Assembly (NCBI GenBank): GCA_019244185.1
Contig: JAFATB010000012.1
Coordinates: forward strand, 1-64,000
Reading direction: 5' to 3'
Length of the DNA stretch: 64,000 nucleotides
From: Acidobacteriota bacterium
GTDB taxonomy: Bacteria; Acidobacteriota; Thermoanaerobaculia; Gp7-AA8
The first letter of the stretch is position 1. Each line of letters begins with the position of its first letter. The position numbers and the translations under genes were made by a program. Positions 9,519 through 19,034 of the stretch are shown piece after piece. Under the pieces are notes generated by a model. The model was not told the origin of the DNA and made no database searches. It worked only from the letters and a program-made list of their open reading frames with translations.

Positions 9519-10307
9519 CTAGAAGCCCGGCACCTTCGCGGCCTTGTTGTAGAAGACGCGCGTCATGACGAAGCCGAGGATGATCACGCCGGCCGCGTAC
9601 GCGTCGCGGTACGGGCTGCTGTAGACCTCGAAGTAGTGGTTGCTGATCATGAAGAAGACGAGCGGCACGGACATGTACGTGTTGTGCCGCGAGCGCAGAC
9701 CGGCGATTTTGACTTCGGGCGAATCGGCCGGCAGCGGCGAGCCCGCTTTCGTCGCGTTGATGATCTTCTGCTGGTTCGGCCAGATCAGCATCCAGACGTT
9801 GAGCGCCATCATGGTGCCGAACGTGGCGCCGCCGTGGATGAACAGCGAGCGGCCGCCGTAGTGGCCGACGTATTCGAGCAGCAGCCACACGCCGGCGTAG
9901 AGCACGAGGCAGATCGCGGCGGCGACGACCTTGTTCGCCAGCGCCTTCATGATCGCGTTGTAGACGACGAAGCCGACCGCGAGCGTCACCAGATAGATCG
10001 CCAGCCACAGCCACGGATTGTTGCCCTGATGCATGTCATCGAACAGCTGCTGGCGCACCTGGTAATAAACGATGCCGGCGAGCAGGATGCCGGTGATCCA
10101 CGTCCACGCGGCGCCCCAGCGGAACCAGAACAGCGCGCGCGGCATGAGCTCGGGATTGACGGCGCGCTTGGTCGGACCGTCGATCTTTCCCTGGAACGGC
10201 CCGTTGACCCAGTTGAAGAAGTAGAGGTGTCCGATCCAGGTGATGCCGGCCACCACGTGGGCCCAGCGGAGGAACAGATTCAGCAAAGAGTTCACGGCGG
10301 GATTCAT
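9519..10307 (-). CDS. Urate hydroxylase PuuD-like membrane protein (no cytochrome c domain)
   Basis: RWAHVVAGITWIGHLYFF, WFRWGAAWTW, NVWMLIWPNQ, RSRHNTY; multiple TM segments; no CxxCH. Confidence 0.78.
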   Translation of the reverse strand: MNPAVNSLLNLFLRWAHVVAGITWIGHLYFFNWVNGPFQGKIDGPTKRAVNPELMPRALFWFRWGAAWTWITGILLAGIVYYQVRQQLFDDMHQGNNPWLWLAIYLVTLAVGFVVYNAIMKALANKVVAAAICLVLYAGVWLLLEYVGHYGGRSLFIHGGATFGTMMALNVWMLIWPNQQKIINATKAGSPLPADSPEVKIAGLRSRHNTYMSVPLVFFMISNHYFEVYSSPYRDAYAAGVIILGFVMTRVFYNKAAKVPGF

Positions 10308-10358
10308 GAGCGCTCCTTCTCCTCAACCTCGAACGTTTCGGGTAGCCTGCGGCGGATT

Positions 10359-11063
10359 ATGAGAGATTTCGACGCAAAAGTCGCGATCGTGACCGGCGCC
10401 TCTTCGGGCATCGGACGCGCGACCGCGGAGCGGCTCGCCGAGCGCGGCGCGCGCGTCGTCGTAACCGCGCGTTCGGGCGAAACGCTGCGCGCGATCGCGG
10501 CGCCGTTCGGCGATGCGATGCGCGTCGTCGCGGGCGACGTCGCCGACCTCGCGCTCGTCGAACGCCTCTTCACCGAAGCGGAATCGCACTTCGGTCCGGT
10601 CGATGTGCTGGTGAACAACGCCGGCGCGATCGACGTCGCGAAGCTCGTCGACACGACGCTCGATCAATGGGAGCGGACGTTCGCCGTGAACGTGCGCGCG
10701 GTGTTCCTCGCCTGCCGCCGCGCGTTGCCGTCGATGCTCGAACGCGAGCGCGGCGCGATCGTGAACGTCGCGTCGATCTCTGGCGTGGTCGGCCCCGAAA
10801 AGTTCCCCGGCTTCACCGCGTACTGCGCGAGCAAAGGCGCGGTGATCTCGCTGACGGAAGCGCTCGCGGTGGAAGTGAAAACGCGCGGCGTGCGCGTGAA
10901 CTGCGTCAGCCCCGGCTCGGTCGACACGCCGATGTGGGCGAACGTGAGCGGCGGCGCGCCGGCGTCGATGACGCCCGGCGAAATCGCGGAAACGATTCTC
11001 TTTCTCGCCTCGGACGCCTCGCGTCCGATGAACGGTCAGAACCTGCATGTCTACTCTGCCTGA
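10359..11063 (+). CDS. SDR-family oxidoreductase
   Basis: TGASSGIG, NNAG, YCASK. Confidence 0.92.
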   Translation: MRDFDAKVAIVTGASSGIGRATAERLAERGARVVVTARSGETLRAIAAPFGDAMRVVAGDVADLALVERLFTEAESHFGPVDVLVNNAGAIDVAKLVDTTLDQWERTFAVNVRAVFLACRRALPSMLERERGAIVNVASISGVVGPEKFPGFTAYCASKGAVISLTEALAVEVKTRGVRVNCVSPGSVDTPMWANVSGGAPASMTPGEIAETILFLASDASRPMNGQNLHVYSA

Positions 11064-12201
11064 GCTGCGGCCGACGTGGGCCGACATCGATCTCGACGCC
11101 TTCGCGCGCAACATCGACGCGATCGTGGCGAACCTTCCCGAACGCTCGCGTCTCGTCGCGGTGCTGAAAGCAAACGCGTACGGCCACGGCGCCGCCGAGC
11201 TCGCGCGCCGCTGCTCGCCGGAGAAGGTGGCGATGATCGCGACGTCGCTGCTCGAGGAATCGGTCGAGCTGCGCCGCGCCGGCATCACGCTCCCGCTCCT
11301 CGTCCTCGGGCCGGTGCGCGCGTCGCAGCTGCCGCTCGCATTCGAGCACGAGCTGACGTTGGGCATTCCCGGTCCCGAGGAGCTCGCGATCGTCGCGGAA
11401 GCCGCGCGCGATCGCGACGTGCACGTGCACCTCAAGCTCGACTCCGGCATGGGACGCATGGGATCGATCGAGGAAGAACTGCCGGGCGTGGTCGAGGTGT
11501 TGCGTGGCGCGCCGCGGCTGCACGTCGACGCGATCTACACGCACCTCGCGAATGCCGGCGACGTCGACGATCCGTTCTCGGACGAACAGATCGCGCGCTT
11601 TCGCACGCTCGTCGAGACGCTGCGTGAAGCGGGCATCGATGCGCCGCTGCATCACGTCGCGAACAGCGCGGCGACGATGCGCGGACTCGTCGCGCCCGGG
11701 GAGCTCGTGCGCGTCGGCATCGCGCTCTACGGCGCGGAGCCGCTCGACCGAGATTCGCCGCGCCTCGAGCCGGTCATGCGCTGGCGCACGGAGATCGCGC
11801 GGTTGAAAGAATTGCCGGCCGGTCACGCCATCGGCTACGGAACCACCTTTCACACGACCCGCGTCAGCCGCATCGCGACGCTGCCGGTGGGATACGCCGA
11901 CGGCTACAACCGTCTGCTCTCGAATCGCGGCGAAGTGCTCGTGCGCGGACGCCGCGCGCCGATCGTCGGACGCGTGTCGATGGATCTCGTCACCGTCGAC
12001 GTCACCTATATCGAAGGCGCCGCGGTCGGCGACGAGGTCGTGCTGCTCGGCCGTCAGGGTGACGAGGAGATCACGGCCGAGGAGCTGGCCGCGAAACTTG
12101 ATACGATCTCGTACGAGGTGTTCTGCAACGTCGGCGCGCGCGTGCCGCGCGTCTACCGCGATGGCGGCGTTGCGCGCATCCGGAGTCGCTTCGACGCATG
12201 A
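11047..12201 (+). CDS. alr: Alanine racemase
   Basis: AVLKANAYGHG (PLP Lys), KLDSGMGRMG, GYADG, GRVSMD. Confidence 0.96.
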   Translation: MSTLPELRPTWADIDLDAFARNIDAIVANLPERSRLVAVLKANAYGHGAAELARRCSPEKVAMIATSLLEESVELRRAGITLPLLVLGPVRASQLPLAFEHELTLGIPGPEELAIVAEAARDRDVHVHLKLDSGMGRMGSIEEELPGVVEVLRGAPRLHVDAIYTHLANAGDVDDPFSDEQIARFRTLVETLREAGIDAPLHHVANSAATMRGLVAPGELVRVGIALYGAEPLDRDSPRLEPVMRWRTEIARLKELPAGHAIGYGTTFHTTRVSRIATLPVGYADGYNRLLSNRGEVLVRGRRAPIVGRVSMDLVTVDVTYIEGAAVGDEVVLLGRQGDEEITAEELAAKLDTISYEVFCNVGARVPRVYRDGGVARIRSRFDA

Positions 12202-12968
12202 CCGCCATCCTCGACCGCATCGGACGCGCGTTTCTTCGCACGCTCGAGCAGACCGGCCTCTGGTTCGATGCGCTGTGGCGCACGCTGACGTGGCTCTTCC
12301 GCCCGCCCTTCGACGTCACTGAATGGCTGCGCCAGATGGTGCGCCTCGGCGTCGACTCGATCCCCGTCGTCTTCCTCACGACGATGTTCACCGGGATGGT
12401 GCTCGCGCTGCAGACGTTCCAGGGCTTCCAGCGCGTGCACGCCGAGCAGTTCGTCGCGAGCGTCGTCTCGCTGGCGATGCTGCGCGAGCTCTCGCCCGTG
12501 CTGGTCGGCCTCATGGTCACGGGACGCGTCGGCTCGTCGATGGCCGCCGAGATCGGCACGATGCGCGTCACCGAACAGATCGACGCGCTCAAGGCGCTGG
12601 CGACCGAGCCGGTGCAGTATCTCTTCGTGCCGCGCGTCCTCGCCGGCTTCATCATGCTGCCGTTCCTCGTCGTCCTCGGCGACGCGCTCGGCATCTACGG
12701 CGGCTATCTCGTCGCCGTGAAGCTGATGCACACGAACCCGGTCATCTACCGGCAGAACACGTATCAGTTCCTCGACATGAACGACGTCTGGAGCGGCTTG
12801 ATCAAGGCCGCGATTTTCGGGCTGATTCTCACGCTCACCGGCTGCGTGCGCGGCTACTACACGAGCGGCGGCGCGGAAGGCGTCGGCCGCGCGACGACGT
12901 ACGCGGTCGTCTCCGCGTCGCTCATCATCCTGCTCTCCGACTTCTTTCTGACGAAGCTGCTCTTCTGA
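12198..12968 (+). CDS. mlaE: MlaE-family ABC permease
   Basis: RELSPVL, GRVGSSMAAEIGTMRVTEQIDAL, GGAEGVG. Confidence 0.93.
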   Translation: MTAILDRIGRAFLRTLEQTGLWFDALWRTLTWLFRPPFDVTEWLRQMVRLGVDSIPVVFLTTMFTGMVLALQTFQGFQRVHAEQFVASVVSLAMLRELSPVLVGLMVTGRVGSSMAAEIGTMRVTEQIDALKALATEPVQYLFVPRVLAGFIMLPFLVVLGDALGIYGGYLVAVKLMHTNPVIYRQNTYQFLDMNDVWSGLIKAAIFGLILTLTGCVRGYYTSGGAEGVGRATTYAVVSASLIILLSDFFLTKLLF

Positions 12969-13717
12969 TGATCTCGCTCCAACACGTCTGGAAATCCTTC
13001 GACGGGCGGCAGGTGCTGCGCGACATGTCGATCGACGTCGAGCGCGGCGAGTCGGTCGTGATCGTCGGCGGCTCCGGCACCGGCAAGAGCGTCACGCTGA
13101 AACACATCATCGGTCTGCTGCGCCCGGACAAGGGACGCGTCGTGATCGACGGCGTCGACATCGGGTCGATGAAAGAAGTGCAGCTCAACCAGTTCCGCCG
13201 CCGCTTCGGCATGGCCTTCCAGGAAGGCGCGCTGTTCGATTCGATGTCGGTCTTCGAGAACATCGCCTTTCCGCTGCGGCGGCATACGAAGATGAGCGAA
13301 GCCGAGATTCGCGCGCGCGTCGAAGAGTGCCTTGAGGAAGTGCACCTGCACGGCGTCGAGAAAAAACGTCCGAGCGAGTTGTCGGGCGGCATGCGGCGCC
13401 GCGTCGGATTCGCGCGCGCGATCTCGCTCAAGCCGGAGATCCTGCTCTTCGACGAGCCGACCACCGGACTCGATCCGGTGATCAGCGACGTCATCGCGGA
13501 ATTGATTACCGAGATGGACCAGAAACTCGGCACGACCACGGTGACGATCACGCACGACATGAAGGTGGCGTTCAAGATCGCGGACCGCGTGGCGATGCTC
13601 TTCAACGGCCAGATCGTGGAGCAGGGATCGCCGGAAGAGTTTCAGCGCTCGACGAATCCGATCGTGCGGCAGTTCATCGAGGGACGCGCGGACGGTCCGC
13701 TGACGGACGTCGACTGA
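12968..13717 (+). CDS. mlaF: MlaF-family ABC ATPase
   Basis: TGATG overlap; GGSGTGKS, FQEGALFDS, LSGGMRRR, DEPTTGLDP. Confidence 0.93.
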   Translation: MISLQHVWKSFDGRQVLRDMSIDVERGESVVIVGGSGTGKSVTLKHIIGLLRPDKGRVVIDGVDIGSMKEVQLNQFRRRFGMAFQEGALFDSMSVFENIAFPLRRHTKMSEAEIRARVEECLEEVHLHGVEKKRPSELSGGMRRRVGFARAISLKPEILLFDEPTTGLDPVISDVIAELITEMDQKLGTTTVTITHDMKVAFKIADRVAMLFNGQIVEQGSPEEFQRSTNPIVRQFIEGRADGPLTDVD

Positions 13718-13724
13718 AAACACA

Positions 13725-13751
13725 AAGGGCGCGGAGGAAATCCGCGCCCTT
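13725..13751. terminator. Intrinsic terminator hairpin between convergent genes
   Basis: AAGGGCGCGGA-ggaaa-TCCGCGCCCTT, 11-bp stem; T-rich tail on the minus strand. Confidence 0.7.
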
Positions 13752-13778
13752 GCGTCGACTGCGAACGATTGCCGCGAG

Positions 13779-14351
13779 TTAGTCCTTGCGCATGCGGGTG
13801 CGCGTCGGGGTCGTGGTCGTCGTGTCGGTGTTGGTGCTCTGCGTGTTGGTCTCCTGCACGGACGAGGTCATCGGAACCGTCGTGGTCTCGGTGGTGGTCG
13901 TCGTGGTGGAGGTGCTGGCGGTCGTCGACGGGGTCGTGTAGACCGGCGTGGTGTCGACCGGAGTCGGGGCCGGCGTCGAGTTCATCGTCGTGGTGTCCAT
14001 CGAGGCGGTGGTATCGACCGTGGACGACGAGGTGCTGAGGTCGGCGCTGTTGGTGACGGTGGCGGAGCCGCGCTTCGGAACGACGTTCACGTTGGTGTTG
14101 GTGCCGACGGCGGCGGTGTTGCCGGTGCCCGGAGCGGAGCTCGAGGCATAGACGTTGCCATCGCTGTCAACTTTCGCGGGACCCGGGGCCGGAGCCACGG
14201 TCGACGCGGAGCCGGTCTGCTCCGGACGCACCTGCACGGTGTCGTTGTCGCTGGCGACGCCAGCCTGATTGCTGTGAGCGCACGCGCCGGTGAGAAGGAG
14301 CGCCGCGAAGCCCGCCGCGGCCAGGGTGGAATTCATCATTTTCTTCATCAT
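13779..14351 (-). CDS. Thr/Ser-rich low-complexity lipoprotein
   Basis: Lipobox LLTGA-C; AGGAG SD; Thr-rich body; basic C-terminus RTRMRKD. Confidence 0.75.
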   Translation of the reverse strand: MMKKMMNSTLAAAGFAALLLTGACAHSNQAGVASDNDTVQVRPEQTGSASTVAPAPGPAKVDSDGNVYASSSAPGTGNTAAVGTNTNVNVVPKRGSATVTNSADLSTSSSTVDTTASMDTTTMNSTPAPTPVDTTPVYTTPSTTASTSTTTTTTETTTVPMTSSVQETNTQSTNTDTTTTTPTRTRMRKD

Positions 14352-14489
14352 GATCGTTTGACTCCTCTGATCAGTTTTCTCTTGATTCGTTTGGCCACCG
14401 GTGTGGCCGACGCAGACCTATAGGGCAAAACGCTTGCCTGGTTATTCGCAGAAAGCGGGCGCGGCCGTGGGAGGCGCTAAACTCCTCTC

Positions 14490-15794
14490 GTGTCCGAACC
14501 CCGCGTCTACTCCGTCTCCGAGCTCATTCGCCAGCTGAACCTCGACCTCTATCGCTACAACGACATCTCCGTCGAAGGCGAGGTGTCGAACTTCACGCGC
14601 AGCGCGGCGGGGCATCTGTATTTCTCACTGAAGGACGCGCGCGCGCAGATGCGCGTCGTGCTCTTCGCGACGAACGCGCGCTTCCTGCGCTTCCGCATCG
14701 AGAACGGATTGCAGCTCATCGTGCGCGGGCGCCTCACGATCTACGAGGCGAAAGGCGAGTTTCAGCTGAACGCCGTCGCCGCGGAGCCGGCGGGGCTCGG
14801 CGCGTTGCAGCTCGCGTTCGAGCAGCTCAAAAAGCAGCTCGCGGAAGAAGGACTCTTCGACGCCGCGCGCAAGAAACCGATTCCGATGCTGCCGCAGCGC
14901 ATCGCCGTCGTCACCAGTCCCACCGGCGCCGCGATCCGCGACATTCTTCACGTTCTCGGACGGCGCTTCGAGAATCTCTCGCTGCAGATCTATCCCGTCC
15001 GCGTGCAGGGCGCGAACGCCGCGCGCGAGATCGCGACCGCGATCCGCCATCTCTCGCGCTGGAAGCTGCACGACGTCGTTCTCATCTGCCGCGGCGGAGG
15101 CTCGCTCGAAGATCTGTGGGCATTCAACGAGGAAGCGGTCGCGCGCGCGGTCGCGGCATGCGAGATCCCGACGATCTCCGGCGTCGGCCACGAGACCGAT
15201 TTCACGATCTGCGATTTCGTCGCGGACCTGCGCGCGCCGACGCCGTCCGCCGCCGCGGAGATCGTCATCCGCGCGAAGACGGAGATCTGCATGCAGGTCG
15301 ACACGATGGTACGGCGTGTGCGGCACACCGTCGAATCGCGCGTGCGCAACTATCGCCACGAGCTGCGCCATCTCTCGTCGTCCGATCGATTGGGCATCGT
15401 CCCACGCCGCATCGCCGCCGCGCGCGAACGCCTCGAACGCCGCCGCGTCGCGCTCTTCCGCCTCCTCGACTTTCACGCGCGCCGCATGCGCCGTAGGCTC
15501 GCCGCATGCGAAGAGCCGCTCGCCAAAGTTCCGGCGCGCGTCGCGCGCGAACGCGAGCGGTTGCGTGCGACCGTGGCGACGCTCAACGCCGTCTCGCCGC
15601 TGTCGGTGCTGTCGCGCGGCTACGCGATCGCATTCTCGAAAACGAAGCGCGGACGCAAGCCGATCTTCGACTCCGCGCAGGTGAAGGTCGGCGAGCCGAT
15701 CGAGGTGCAACTGCGCAAGGGAAGGCTCGAGGCCACCGTCGACAGACATACGCTCGGCGTCGAGAGTCTGTGGCCGGAAGTCGACGTGCTATAA
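14490..15794 (+). CDS. xseA: Exodeoxyribonuclease VII large subunit
   Basis: VEGEVSNF, GHLYFSLKD, RGGGSLEDLWAFN, GHETD, RAPTPSAAAE. Confidence 0.96.
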   Translation: MSEPRVYSVSELIRQLNLDLYRYNDISVEGEVSNFTRSAAGHLYFSLKDARAQMRVVLFATNARFLRFRIENGLQLIVRGRLTIYEAKGEFQLNAVAAEPAGLGALQLAFEQLKKQLAEEGLFDAARKKPIPMLPQRIAVVTSPTGAAIRDILHVLGRRFENLSLQIYPVRVQGANAAREIATAIRHLSRWKLHDVVLICRGGGSLEDLWAFNEEAVARAVAACEIPTISGVGHETDFTICDFVADLRAPTPSAAAEIVIRAKTEICMQVDTMVRRVRHTVESRVRNYRHELRHLSSSDRLGIVPRRIAAARERLERRRVALFRLLDFHARRMRRRLAACEEPLAKVPARVARERERLRATVATLNAVSPLSVLSRGYAIAFSKTKRGRKPIFDSAQVKVGEPIEVQLRKGRLEATVDRHTLGVESLWPEVDVL

Positions 15795-15803
15795 CGACGC
15801 GCG

Positions 15804-16073
15804 ATGGCCGTCCGCCCCAAATCGAACGAGTTCGAGAAGGCGTTCCAGCAGCTCGAGAAAATCGTGCAGCGCCTCGAAGCGGAGGAACTGCCGCTCGACG
15901 AATCGCTGCAGCTCTTCGAGGAAGGCATCCGCCTCTCGCGCTTCTGCCATCAGCGCCTCGAAGACGTCGAGAAGAAGATCGAGCTGATTCTCGCCGACGC
16001 GAAAGGGCAGCCGGTCACCGAGCCGTTCGAGGAAGAAGCGGACGATGAGGACAACGCGGGCGACCGCGAGTAG
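15804..16073 (+). CDS. xseB: Exodeoxyribonuclease VII small subunit
   Basis: FEKAFQQLEKIVQRLE...LDESLQLFEEG. Confidence 0.95.
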   Translation: MAVRPKSNEFEKAFQQLEKIVQRLEAEELPLDESLQLFEEGIRLSRFCHQRLEDVEKKIELILADAKGQPVTEPFEEEADDEDNAGDRE

Positions 16074-16076
16074 TCG

Positions 16077-16982
16077 ATGGAGCTGAAGGACTATCTCGCG
16101 TCGCGGCGGACGCTCATCGACGAGACGCTCGCGGCGAATCTTCCCCCCGCGGACACGCACCCGCCGCTCATTCACGAGGCGATGCGCTACGCGATCCTTG
16201 GCGGCGGCAAGCGCGTGCGCCCGATCCTCGCCATCGCCGCCGCGGAAGCCGTCGGCGCCGACGTCGCGCCGCTCCTCGTCCACCTCTGCGCGCTCGAGCT
16301 CATTCACACCTACTCGCTCGTGCACGACGATCTCCCCGCGCTCGACGACGACGATCTGCGCCGCGGACGCAAGACGACGCATGTCGTCTTCGGCGAAGCG
16401 ATCGGGATCCTCGCCGGCGACGCGTTGCTCACCGAGGCGTTCTCGTGGCTCGCGAGACCGCTCGCGAATGTCGACGCCGCGCGGCAGCTGCGCGCGATCG
16501 CCGACGTCGCGCGCGCGGTCGACTCCACCGGCATGATCGGCGGCCAGGTCGCGGATCTCGTCGCCGAACGTTGGGAGCACGCGCCGAAAGACCGCGACTC
16601 GCTGCTGCGCGAGCTCGACTTCATCCACCGCAACAAGACCGGCAAGCTGCTGACCGCGTCCGTGCTCCTCGGCGGCGTGCTCGGCGGCGCGTCGGACGCG
16701 CAGCTCGACGCGCTGAAACGCTACGCCGACGCCCTCGGTCTCGCGTTCCAGATCGTCGACGATCTGCTCGACATCGAAGAGTCGTCCGCCGTCCTCGGCA
16801 AGACCGCGGGGAAGGACGTCGCGCAGGGAAAACTGACCTGGCCGGCGCTGTTGGGCGCCGACCATGCACGTGCCGAGGTCGGGCGGCTGCTCGCGGAGGC
16901 TCTGGAGAACGGTGATAGGATCGCCGGTCCCGTGAATTACCTCGGCGCGATCGCACGTTACATCTGTGAGCGCCGCAGCTAG
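16077..16982 (+). CDS. ispA: Farnesyl/geranylgeranyl diphosphate synthase
   Basis: GGKRVRP, HDDLPALDDDDLRRG, FQIVDDLLD. Confidence 0.94.
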   Translation: MELKDYLASRRTLIDETLAANLPPADTHPPLIHEAMRYAILGGGKRVRPILAIAAAEAVGADVAPLLVHLCALELIHTYSLVHDDLPALDDDDLRRGRKTTHVVFGEAIGILAGDALLTEAFSWLARPLANVDAARQLRAIADVARAVDSTGMIGGQVADLVAERWEHAPKDRDSLLRELDFIHRNKTGKLLTASVLLGGVLGGASDAQLDALKRYADALGLAFQIVDDLLDIEESSAVLGKTAGKDVAQGKLTWPALLGADHARAEVGRLLAEALENGDRIAGPVNYLGAIARYICERRS

Positions 16983-17003
16983 CGCGACAGGGAAATCCGA
17001 ACG

Positions 17004-19034
17004 ATGGCTCGACTACTCGATTCGATCGAAACGCCGCGCGACCTCCGCAAACTCGATCGCAAGCAACTTCCGCAAGTCGCCGAAGAGATCCGCGAGACGA
17101 TCGTCGACGTGGTCTCGCGTATGGGCGGCCACTTCGGCGGCAACCTCGGCGTGGTCGAGCTTACGCTCGCGCTGCACTACGTCTTCGACACGCCGCGCGA
17201 CCAGATCGTCTTCGACACCGGCCACCAGAGCTACCCGCACAAGCTGATCACCGGCCGTCGCGACACGTTCCACACGATTCGCCAGCACAACGGCATCTCC
17301 GGCTTCTGCAAACGCGAGGAGTCGGAGTACGACGTCTTCAACGCCGGTCACGCGTCGACGTCGATCTCCGCGGCGCTCGGCATCGCCGTCGCGCGCGACT
17401 TCCGCAAAGAGGATTACCGCGTGGTGGCCATCATCGGCGACGGCGCGCTCTCCGGCGGTCTCGCGTTCGAAGGCCTCAATCAGGCCGGGCACCTCAAGCG
17501 GCGGATGATGATCGTCCTGAACGACAACGACATGTCGATCTCGACGAACGTCGGCGCGATCTCGGGCTACCTCAACCAGATCATCAAAGGCCAGCGCTAC
17601 AACCAGATGAAGGATCTGGCCAAGGGCGTGATGGATCGCATCCCGCTCGTCGGCGGGAAGCTGCACGGCCTCGCCTCCGACATGGAGCAGGTCTTCAAGC
17701 ACATGATCGTGCCGGGCACGCTCTTCGAGGAGCTCGGCTTCAAGTACCTCGGGCCGTACGACGGCCACGATCTCGAGACGCTCTTGCAGGTCTTCGACGA
17801 GAACAAGGACTACAACGGCCCGGTCCTCATCCACGTCATCACGAAGAAGGGCAAAGGCTACAAGCCGGCCGAGAACAAGCCGATCTGGTCGCACGGCGTC
17901 AGCCCGTTCGACGTCGTGACCGGCGAGGCGCACAAGGCCGCGAAGCCGCTTCCGCCGACGTACACGGCTGTCTTCGCCGACGCGCTCATCGAGATGGCGA
18001 AGCAGGATCCGAAGGTCGTCGCCATCACCGCGGCGATGCCGGACGGCACGGGTCTCGACAAATTCGCGAAGGTCTTTCCCGAGCGCATGTTCGACGTCGG
18101 CATCGCCGAGGAACACGCGGTGACGTTCAGCGGCGGGCTCGCGACGCAGGGCATGAAGCCGGTCGCGGCGATCTACTCGACGTTCCTCCAGCGCGCGTTC
18201 GATCAGGTGTTCCACGACGTCGCGATCATGGATCTGCCGGTCGTGTTCGCGCTCGATCGCGGCGGCATCGCCGGCGCCGACGGCCCGACGCACCACGGCA
18301 TCTACGACATGGCGTATCTGCGGATCTTCCCGAACATGATCTGCATGGCGCCGAAAGACGAGAACGAGCTGCGGCACATGGTCAAGACCGCGCTCGGGAC
18401 CGGCCACCCGACGTCGCTGCGCTACCCGCGCGGCAACGGCGTGGGCGTGCAAATGGACGCGGAGATGCAGTCGCTCCCGGTCGGCAAGGGCGAAGTGATG
18501 CGTGAAGGTCCCGACGCGGCCATCTTCGCCATCGGCACCGAGGTCTGGCCGGCGGTCGAAGCGGCGGAGCTCCTCGCGCGCGACAACATAAACGTCACCG
18601 TTATCAATGCTCGTTTCATCAAGCCTTTAGACGACGAATTGATCGCGAAATACTGTCAGCCGTATTCGCAGGTCTTTACCGTCGAGGAAGGCTCGCTCGC
18701 GGGCGGCTTCGGCGCGGCCGTGCAGGAGCGCTGCGAACAGCTCGGCATCCAGGACGTCCGCTTTCACCGCATCGGCATCCCCGACGAATACGTCCACCAC
18801 GGCGCGCAAGACGTCCTGCGCGCGCAGTACGACCTGCACGCGGAAGGCATCGCACGCCGGGTGCGGGAGGCGGTGGGGGAGAAGCCGAAAGAGGCGCAGC
18901 GCTTCTTCGATGCTGTCGAAGAGATCCGCAAAGCCGTGCCCGACGAGGCGTGGCGCGCGGCGCACGAGCAAGGCATGGATTCCGAGCACATCGACGAGAT
19001 CGTCACCGGCAAACGCCGTGCGGCCGTCAAGTAG
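17004..19034 (+). CDS. dxs: 1-deoxy-D-xylulose-5-phosphate synthase with ~54-aa C-terminal extension
   Basis: GHQSYPHK, GDGALSGG...LNDN, DVGIAEEHAV, YSTFLQRAFDQ, DGPTHHG, RYPRG. Confidence 0.97.
   Translation: MARLLDSIETPRDLRKLDRKQLPQVAEEIRETIVDVVSRMGGHFGGNLGVVELTLALHYVFDTPRDQIVFDTGHQSYPHKLITGRRDTFHTIRQHNGISGFCKREESEYDVFNAGHASTSISAALGIAVARDFRKEDYRVVAIIGDGALSGGLAFEGLNQAGHLKRRMMIVLNDNDMSISTNVGAISGYLNQIIKGQRYNQMKDLAKGVMDRIPLVGGKLHGLASDMEQVFKHMIVPGTLFEELGFKYLGPYDGHDLETLLQVFDENKDYNGPVLIHVITKKGKGYKPAENKPIWSHGVSPFDVVTGEAHKAAKPLPPTYTAVFADALIEMAKQDPKVVAITAAMPDGTGLDKFAKVFPERMFDVGIAEEHAVTFSGGLATQGMKPVAAIYSTFLQRAFDQVFHDVAIMDLPVVFALDRGGIAGADGPTHHGIYDMAYLRIFPNMICMAPKDENELRHMVKTALGTGHPTSLRYPRGNGVGVQMDAEMQSLPVGKGEVMREGPDAAIFAIGTEVWPAVEAAELLARDNINVTVINARFIKPLDDELIAKYCQPYSQVFTVEEGSLAGGFGAAVQERCEQLGIQDVRFHRIGIPDEYVHHGAQDVLRAQYDLHAEGIARRVREAVGEKPKEAQRFFDAVEEIRKAVPDEAWRAAHEQGMDSEHIDEIVTGKRRAAVK

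Noticed and set aside
11047-13717. alr-mlaE-mlaF without mlaD
   Set aside because: This linkage is familiar from other diderm lineages and mlaD may lie elsewhere; not novel on this evidence.
13800-14030. GTG/GTC trinucleotide-like repeats
   Set aside because: They are the Thr-rich coding sequence of the lipoprotein on the minus strand.
18866-18875. GGAGG + GTG as an independent antitoxin start inside dxs
   Set aside because: SD-to-start spacing is only 2 nt and there is no upstream in-frame stop; not excluded but unsupported.
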